In this document: piece by piece, positions 55,842 through 64,000 of the stretch
How the letters are laid out: every line of letters starts with the position of its first letter
How positions within the stretch are numbered: position 1 is the first letter of the stretch
DNA from: a bacterium
GTDB lineage: Bacteria > Pseudomonadota > Alphaproteobacteria > Acetobacterales > Acetobacteraceae
Direction of reading: 5' to 3'
Length of the DNA stretch: 64,000 nt
Assembly: GCA_026224825.1 (NCBI GenBank)
Contig: JAMFRO010000093.1
Span: 4,946-68,945, forward strand
Translations under genes and position numbers: made by a program
The notes under the pieces: model-generated
The model's database searches: none
What the model saw: the letters and a program-made list of their open reading frames with translations, nothing else
Told to the model about the DNA's origin: nothing

Positions 55842-56336
55842 TTAAAACGGAATCTCATCATCCAGATCATTGCTTGGCCGCGTATCCCAGCCGCCCACGG
55901 CCCGTGCCGGCTGTGCCGCTGCCGGTGCCCGCGCCGGGCTCGCCGCGCGCGGCGCATATTCCTCACCACCGCCAGCCCCGCTCCCGGCCCTATCCAGCAG
56001 CGTCAGCTCGCCGCCAAACCGCCCGATCAGCACTTCGGTGGTATATTTCTCCTGGCCCGACTGGTCGGTCCATTTGCGCGTCTGCAACTTGCCCTCGATG
56101 TAAACCTTCGAGCCCTTCTTCAGGTATTTCTCGGCCACATCGGCAATCCGGTCGTTCATAATAACGACGCGGTGCCACTCGGTCTGCTCCTTGCGCTCGC
56201 CGCTCATCTTGTCGTTCCAGCTATCGGAGGTCGCCACCGTGAGATTCACGATTTTGATGCCCGATTGCGCATTGCGAACCTCCGGGTCCTTGCCCAGATT
56301 CCCCACCAGGATCACCTTGTTCACACTACCAGCCAT
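55842..56336 (-). CDS. ssb: single-stranded DNA-binding protein
   Basis: [21 protein letters not shown], an OB fold, a Gly/Ala-rich linker and the C-terminal DDEIPF tip. Confidence 0.92.
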   Translation of the reverse strand: MAGSVNKVILVGNLGKDPEVRNAQSGIKIVNLTVATSDSWNDKMSGERKEQTEWHRVVIMNDRIADVAEKYLKKGSKVYIEGKLQTRKWTDQSGQEKYTTEVLIGRFGGELTLLDRAGSGAGGGEEYAPRAASPARAPAAAQPARAVGGWDTRPSNDLDDEIPF

Positions 56337-56440
56337 CCGGACCTCCTCAACCTACGATTGTTCAGTAAGCTTAACGCATCTGCCACAAATAAACCAGCGC
56401 CGCCTATTTGCTTTATGCCCGAACACCCCATATCCTGCAA

Positions 56441-56455
56441 GAACATTGCACGAAC
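56441..56455. promoter_or_regulatory. alphaproteobacterial SOS (LexA) box GAAC-N7-GAAC
   Basis: GAACattgcacGAAC, 14 nt upstream of the uvrA ATG in the ssb/uvrA divergent region. A third GAAC sits at 56421. Confidence 0.6.
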
Positions 56456-56468
56456 ATCTGAGGCGAAT

Positions 56469-59306
<2,838 letters not shown>

Positions 59307-59321
<15 letters not shown>

Positions 59322-59443
59322 CTTCTTTTTGTGAACAAAAAGAAGCAAAAAAACTTTATCCTTGGGGGCATGGGCTGTGGCCCCACCACAGCCCATGCCC
59401 CGAGTAATAAAAGTTTTTGGTGTCGCTTTTTTCAAAAAGCGAC
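59307..59443. repeat. stack of four consecutive hairpins downstream of uvrA
   Basis: (1) aagaagt-a-acttctt, spanning the TAA. (2) cttcttttt-gtgaac-aaaaagaag. (3) A perfect 16-bp stem, ggggcatgggctgtgg / ccacagcccatgcccc (59365..59401), nested in aaaaactttat/ataaaagttttt. (4) gtcgcttttt-tc-aaaaagcgac (59422..59443). Confidence 0.7.
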
Positions 59444-59452
59444 TGCTTTTTC

Positions 59453-60169
59453 ATGAATCGCTTTCGCCGCATTCTTGGCACCACCCTCGCGGAATTTCTC
59501 ACCACCGAGGTCGAGGTAGAGCCCGCATTACCGCTGGACATCACCGCCCTCGCGCATCTCCTGCACAAAGCCGACGTCATCCTCGTCGAAGGCCACCTGC
59601 GCATTTCCTCGGCGATCAAATACCTAACCCAATCCACCTGGTCGCATGCCGCAATCTACACCGGCAATGGCGCGTGCATCGAGGCCGACGTGCTCGAAGG
59701 CGTGCGCAGCTTCCCGCTGGCGGCACTATCCCCCTACCGCATCCGCATCTGCCGCCCCATCAGCCTCACCCCGGAGGATGCCGATAGCATCGTCGCCCAC
59801 GCCACCTCGCGCCTCGGCGTGCAATACGACCTCAAACATGTCTTCGACCTCGCCCGCTACCTGGTCCCGCTGCCCGTGCCCCGCAGTTGGCGCCGCCGCG
59901 CCATCGCCTTGGGCAGCGCCGATCCCTCGCGCGCCATCTGCTCCACGCTGGTCGCCGAATCCTTCCAGGCCGTGGGCTACCCCATCCTCCCGGAAATCCC
60001 GTCCCAACCGCGCGATGCCGCAACCGACCGCTCGGCCAGGGAAATCTACCACATCCACGACACCGGCCTCTTCACCCCGCGCGATTTCGATCTTTCCCCA
60101 TTTTTCCAAGTGATAAAACCAGACATGCCCCGCCCCTTCGACCACCACAACCTCGTCTGGGTTCCCTGA
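59453..60169 (+). CDS. YiiX-like permuted papain-fold (NlpC/P60-related) hydrolase
   Basis: DVILVEGHLRISSAIKYLTQSTWSHAAIY ... ICSTLVAESF, consistent with the permuted Cys/His arrangement. Assigned from memory of the family. Confidence 0.5.
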   Translation: MNRFRRILGTTLAEFLTTEVEVEPALPLDITALAHLLHKADVILVEGHLRISSAIKYLTQSTWSHAAIYTGNGACIEADVLEGVRSFPLAALSPYRIRICRPISLTPEDADSIVAHATSRLGVQYDLKHVFDLARYLVPLPVPRSWRRRAIALGSADPSRAICSTLVAESFQAVGYPILPEIPSQPRDAATDRSAREIYHIHDTGLFTPRDFDLSPFFQVIKPDMPRPFDHHNLVWVP

Positions 60170-60769
60170 ATGCGCCTCGGCATCCTACTGCTGGCGCTGC
60201 TCACCGCCTGCGCCACCACGCCGGCCCCCGTCCCGCACGGCCCCATCCAGCTCGCCATCGCCCAGCGCGGCTGGCACACGGAAATCGGCATCCCTAACGC
60301 GGCCCTCACCGGCCCGCTGGCTTCCCTCGGCCCGGCCGTACTGCACCGCCACTATCTGCTGGTCGGCTTCGGCGCCCGCGCCTATTTCACCAACCCAGCC
60401 GCCGGCGCCGGCACAGCCGCCGAGGCCCTGCTGCCCGGCCCCAGCGCCATCGGCCTCGCCTCCATGGATAATCTCTCCGCCGACAAGGTCACCTGGCTCT
60501 ACGTCTCCCAGGACGACATCAACCACATGCTCGCCTTCATCTGGCAATCTCTGCCGCGCAATGGCGCCGTGCCAGCGCCCATCGTCACCATCAACAACGC
60601 CAACATCTTCTACGCCGCCCAGCCGGACTACAATATGCTTTACAACTGCAACAACTGGGCCGTGGACGCCCTGCGCGCCGGCAACCTGCCCTTCAGCAAC
60701 ACCGGCCTGCACTTCTCATCGGATGTCCAGGCCCAAGCCCAGCACATCGCCGCCGCGCAGGCTCCGTGA
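60170..60769 (+). CDS. TIGR02117/DUF2459-like lipoprotein
   Basis: Lipobox LLTAC, then AIAQRGWHTEIGIP and YNCNNWAVDALRAGNLP. The start abuts the upstream stop (TGAATG). Confidence 0.5.
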   Translation: MRLGILLLALLTACATTPAPVPHGPIQLAIAQRGWHTEIGIPNAALTGPLASLGPAVLHRHYLLVGFGARAYFTNPAAGAGTAAEALLPGPSAIGLASMDNLSADKVTWLYVSQDDINHMLAFIWQSLPRNGAVPAPIVTINNANIFYAAQPDYNMLYNCNNWAVDALRAGNLPFSNTGLHFSSDVQAQAQHIAAAQAP

Positions 60770-60772
60770 GGG

Positions 60773-61267
60773 CTAACTCGCTTTGTCTATTTTGCGTCGT
60801 GCTGTGCGGTCGGGCCGGATCATGAGCCAGAAGGCGGTGGTGTTAACCACTCCTAAGAGGGCAAATACCAGCAGGGAGTCAAAAAACTCTTTTGGATCAC
60901 CCCAGCCCCAACCGTCATGGTCCTGGATACCCACGAAAGTAATGGCCACGATCACACCTGTAGTCAGACCCAGCGCGCCGTAAGGCAGCCACCCAACTTT
61001 GCCCCGATGTTCAAGAAACATGTGGACCGGTAGGCCAACGAAAAACGCCACAGGTGTTGCGACAACGGCGCCTGCGAGCGTAAAAAACACCCATATGCAG
61101 AAGCCGGACGATATCATGTCGAGCGGGTGGTTGAGGTCCATCCCGTCTTGGCCGAGCAAGGCTTCTACGAGAAAGCCTCCATTTATGATGCCGCCAACAA
61201 TAAACCCCGGCAGCACGCTGGCCGCCAGGACGGCAAGCCTGACTTTGTCCCCGTTTTCCTGGCTCAT
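60773..61267 (-). CDS. hypothetical membrane protein (AT-richer)
   Basis: 164 aa with 4 predicted TM helices. No family recognised. Confidence 0.45.
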   Translation of the reverse strand: MSQENGDKVRLAVLAASVLPGFIVGGIINGGFLVEALLGQDGMDLNHPLDMISSGFCIWVFFTLAGAVVATPVAFFVGLPVHMFLEHRGKVGWLPYGALGLTTGVIVAITFVGIQDHDGWGWGDPKEFFDSLLVFALLGVVNTTAFWLMIRPDRTARRKIDKAS

Positions 61268-61304
61268 GGTACCATTTTAAATGATGTTTGGCGCCGATGA
61301 AACC

Positions 61305-61781
61305 CTAAACCGCCAAGTTCCCCACAACCCCAGTTTGCACCCCATAAACCTTCGCCGCGCGTTTCAAAAACGCATTCACCATCACATTCACAGCCTCGCC
61401 GAACACCACCCCGATGGCCTTCTGCAGCACCACATTCTTGAGCTCAAAATCCACAAAAAAATCCACCTCGCAGCCCTGCGCGCGCGGCGAAAAACTCCAG
61501 TTATTGTTCAGATATTTGAACGGCCCATTCTCATAAGTCACCAGTATCGAGCACGGCCCGTCGCCCTCCGGCGGATGCAGAATCACCCTGCTGGTAAAAC
61601 TCTCACGGAAAATCTTAAACCCAATAGTGAGATCCGCCACCATCTCATGCCCATCGTTTTTTCTTACCCGCGCCCCCACGCACCAGGGCAAAAACTTCGG
61701 ATAAGACCCCACATCGGCCACCAGCGCATAGAGCTGAGCCGTGGTATAAGGCACGGCTTTCTGCTCCATATATTTGGGCAT
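61305..61781 (-). CDS. SRPBCC/RatA-COQ10-like (polyketide cyclase/dehydrase fold) protein
   Basis: Start at MPKYMEQKAVPYTTAQLYALVADVGSYPKFLPWC. Conserved position downstream of lipA in alphaproteobacteria. Confidence 0.7.
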   Translation of the reverse strand: MPKYMEQKAVPYTTAQLYALVADVGSYPKFLPWCVGARVRKNDGHEMVADLTIGFKIFRESFTSRVILHPPEGDGPCSILVTYENGPFKYLNNNWSFSPRAQGCEVDFFVDFELKNVVLQKAIGVVFGEAVNVMVNAFLKRAAKVYGVQTGVVGNLAV

Positions 61782-61782
61782 T

Positions 61783-62736
61783 TTACGCGGCCAGCTTTTT
61801 GGCCCGGGCCTCGCGCAGTGCCGCAAAATCCGCATCCGCATGATAGCTTGAGCGCGTCAGCGGTGTAGCGGATACCTGCAAAAACCCTTTAGCCCGCGCC
61901 ATGGAAGCCAACTCCTCGAACTCCTCCGGCGTCACAAACCGTTCCACCGCCGCATGCTTCACGCTGGGCTGCAAATATTGCCCAATGGTGAGGAAATCCA
62001 CATCCGCAATCCGCAGATCATCCATCACCTGCCCAATCTCGGCTTTCGTCTCTCCCAGCCCCACCATCAACCCGGATTTTGTAAAAATCCGCGGATCAAC
62101 CAGCTTAACCCGGTCCAGCAGCCGCAGGCTCTGATAATACCGCGCCCCCGGCCGAATGGTGGGATACAACCGCGGCACAGTCTCCAAATTATGATTAAAA
62201 ACATCCGGCCGCGCCGCCGCCACAATCTCCCCGCATCCCGGTTTACGCAGAAAATCCGGCGTCAAAATCTCAACCGTCGTCCCGGAAGTCGCCGCCCGTA
62301 TTGCCTCGATCACCGCCACAAAATGCGCCGCCCCGCCATCGGCCAGATCATCCCGGTCCACCGAGGTAATCACCACATGCCGTAAGCCCAATGTCGCCAC
62401 AGCCTCCGCCACGCGCCGTGGCTCATCCGCATCCAGCGCATTCGGCAACCCCGTCGCCACATTGCAGAACGAGCACGCCCGCGTGCAAATCTCGCCCATG
62501 ATCATCATGGTGGCATGCTTCTGCGACCAGCATTCCCCAATATTCGGGCACGAGGCCTCCTCGCACACGGTCGAGAGCTTCTTCTCCCGCATCAGGTCGC
62601 GGGTCTCCTGATACACCTTGCCCGTCGGCGCCTTCACCCGTATCCACGCCGGCTTGCGCTGGATGGGATTATCCACCCGCCCTTGCTTCTCGGGGTGGCG
62701 AACGCGGTGGTCGATCTCAATACGGGTGCTGCTCAT
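61783..62736 (-). CDS. lipA: lipoyl synthase
   Basis: [13 protein letters not shown] and radical-SAM [10 protein letters not shown] cluster motifs. Start at MSSTRIEID. Confidence 0.9.
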   Translation of the reverse strand: MSSTRIEIDHRVRHPEKQGRVDNPIQRKPAWIRVKAPTGKVYQETRDLMREKKLSTVCEEASCPNIGECWSQKHATMMIMGEICTRACSFCNVATGLPNALDADEPRRVAEAVATLGLRHVVITSVDRDDLADGGAAHFVAVIEAIRAATSGTTVEILTPDFLRKPGCGEIVAAARPDVFNHNLETVPRLYPTIRPGARYYQSLRLLDRVKLVDPRIFTKSGLMVGLGETKAEIGQVMDDLRIADVDFLTIGQYLQPSVKHAAVERFVTPEEFEELASMARAKGFLQVSATPLTRSSYHADADFAALREARAKKLAA

Positions 62737-62740
62737 GGCG

Positions 62741-64000
62741 TCAGAAATGGATAACCTGGCCATAGGCGTCAAGCACGGATTCATGCATGGCTTCCGAGAT
62801 GGTCGGGTGCGGGAACACCGTATGCATCAACTCCGCCTCCGTCGTCTCCAATTGCCGAGCAATTACATAGCCTTGGATCAACTCCGTCACCTCCGCGCCG
62901 ATCATATGCGCCCCCAGCATCGCCCCCGTCTTGGCGTCAAAAATCGTCTTAATCAGCCCCTCCGGCTCGCCCATGGCAATCGCCTTGCCATTACCGATGA
63001 ACGGAAACCGCCCCACCTTCACCTCATACCCGGCTTCCTTGGCTTTCTGCTCCGTCATCCCCACTGAGGCGACCTGCGGTCGAGCATAGGTGCAACCCGG
63101 TATGTTTCCGGTCTCAAAAGCATGCGGATTCTTCCCCGCAATCGCCTCCACACACACCACGCCCTCATGGCTCGCCTTATGCGCCAGCCACGGCGGCCCC
63201 GCGACATCGCCAATGGCATACACCCCAGGCTCGCCGGTCCGGCCAAACCCATCGACCACAATATGCGTCCGCTCCACCTTCACCTTGGTGCCCTCCAGCC
63301 CCAGGTTTTCAACATTCCCGACAATCCCCACAGCCGAGATCACCTGCGCCACGGTAAACACCTGCTCCTTGCCGCCAACCTCAACAGTCACGGTCACAGA
63401 ATCCTTACCCTTCACGGCCTTCTTCACCGTCGCCGAGGTAAGAATCTTAATCCCCTGCTTCTCAAACGATTTACGCGCCAGCCCAGAAATCTCCGCATCC
63501 TCCACCGGCAAAATCCGGTCGAGCATCTCCACCACAATCACCTCAGAGCCCAGATCATTATAGAAACTAGCAAACTCAATCCCAATCGCCCCCGAACCCA
63601 TAATCAGCAACGACTTCGGCAGCACCTCAGGCACCATCGCCTCAAAATAAGAGATGATCTGCGTCCCATCCACCTCCAACCCCGGAATCTGCCGCGGCCG
63701 CGCCCCCGTCGCCAAAATAATATGCGGCGCCTGCAACTGCGCCACCGCCTTCCCATCCTTCGTCACATCAAGCTTCCCGCCGCCCGCCAATTTGGCGTAG
63801 CCATCATACACGGTCACCTTATTCTTCTTCAACAAATGCCCAATACCGCCGGCCAATTTATTCGCAACCCCGCGAGACCGCGCCACGATCTTCTTCAAAT
63901 CGACCTGCACATTATCCGCTGAAAACCCATAATCCGGCAGATGATCCAGCAAATGCTTGATCTCGGCAGACCGCAGCAGCGCCTTCGTCGGAATACAGCC
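62741..64000 (-). CDS. lpdA: dihydrolipoyl dehydrogenase (partial; N-terminus beyond the right edge)
   Basis: NAD-binding [31 protein letters not shown], and the C-terminal dimerisation/HPTxSE motif ([11 protein letters not shown]). The reading frame is open to position 64000. Confidence 0.9.
   Translation of the reverse strand, partial: GCIPTKALLRSAEIKHLLDHLPDYGFSADNVQVDLKKIVARSRGVANKLAGGIGHLLKKNKVTVYDGYAKLAGGGKLDVTKDGKAVAQLQAPHIILATGARPRQIPGLEVDGTQIISYFEAMVPEVLPKSLLIMGSGAIGIEFASFYNDLGSEVIVVEMLDRILPVEDAEISGLARKSFEKQGIKILTSATVKKAVKGKDSVTVTVEVGGKEQVFTVAQVISAVGIVGNVENLGLEGTKVKVERTHIVVDGFGRTGEPGVYAIGDVAGPPWLAHKASHEGVVCVEAIAGKNPHAFETGNIPGCTYARPQVASVGMTEQKAKEAGYEVKVGRFPFIGNGKAIAMGEPEGLIKTIFDAKTGAMLGAHMIGAEVTELIQGYVIARQLETTEAELMHTVFPHPTISEAMHESVLDAYGQVIHF

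Overview
High-GC, strongly GC3-biased chromosomal segment of an alphaproteobacterium. Supporting this: the gene order yfgM-like/bamB/der, plus glnD, mutS, ligA/recN/bamD, and divergent ssb/uvrA with a GAAC-N7-GAAC SOS box. It looks Rhodospirillales/Acetobacteraceae-like, but I cannot assign it further by eye. I call about 60 protein genes, mostly housekeeping: der, bamB, gltX, glnD, mutS, rpmJ, ligA, recN, bamD, rpsA, amtB, ssb, uvrA, lipA, lpdA. Accessory content is as follows. (1) A dTDP-rhamnose operon (rfbBACD) led by a 1244-aa multi-domain glycosyltransferase and flanked by two GT2 genes. (2) Three tandem DUF805 paralogues. (3) A FeeM-like N-acyl amino acid synthase plus ICMT-family methyltransferase operon, divergent from a membrane GGDEF-EAL gene. 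(4) A marR/emrA pair with no pump gene. (5) An enoyl-CoA hydratase/DUF35/thiolase/sulfotransferase cluster. (6) Two apparently disrupted genes: a pal-like lipoprotein with an in-frame TAG, and a Sel1-repeat gene with a 1-nt frameshift. I found no rRNA, tRNA, CRISPR, transposase, integrase or phage genes. The most unusual signal is non-coding. It is a family of 140-276 bp modular, nested palindromic elements, with five copies at about 15.7, 21.2, 30.9, 43.5 and 45.5 kb. In the four full-size copies they fill whole intergenic gaps stop codon to stop codon, or stop codon to the next gene's upstream region. They carry interchangeable perfect-hairpin cores and stem-preserving sequence variants, and they have terminator-like hairpins at both ends. 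I do not recognise them as a named repeat family. The second candidate is the FeeM-like/ICMT/c-di-GMP locus, a possible N-acyl amino acid (methyl ester) signal or lipid system. All start codons are inferred by eye, and all family assignments rest on recognised motifs rather than searches.
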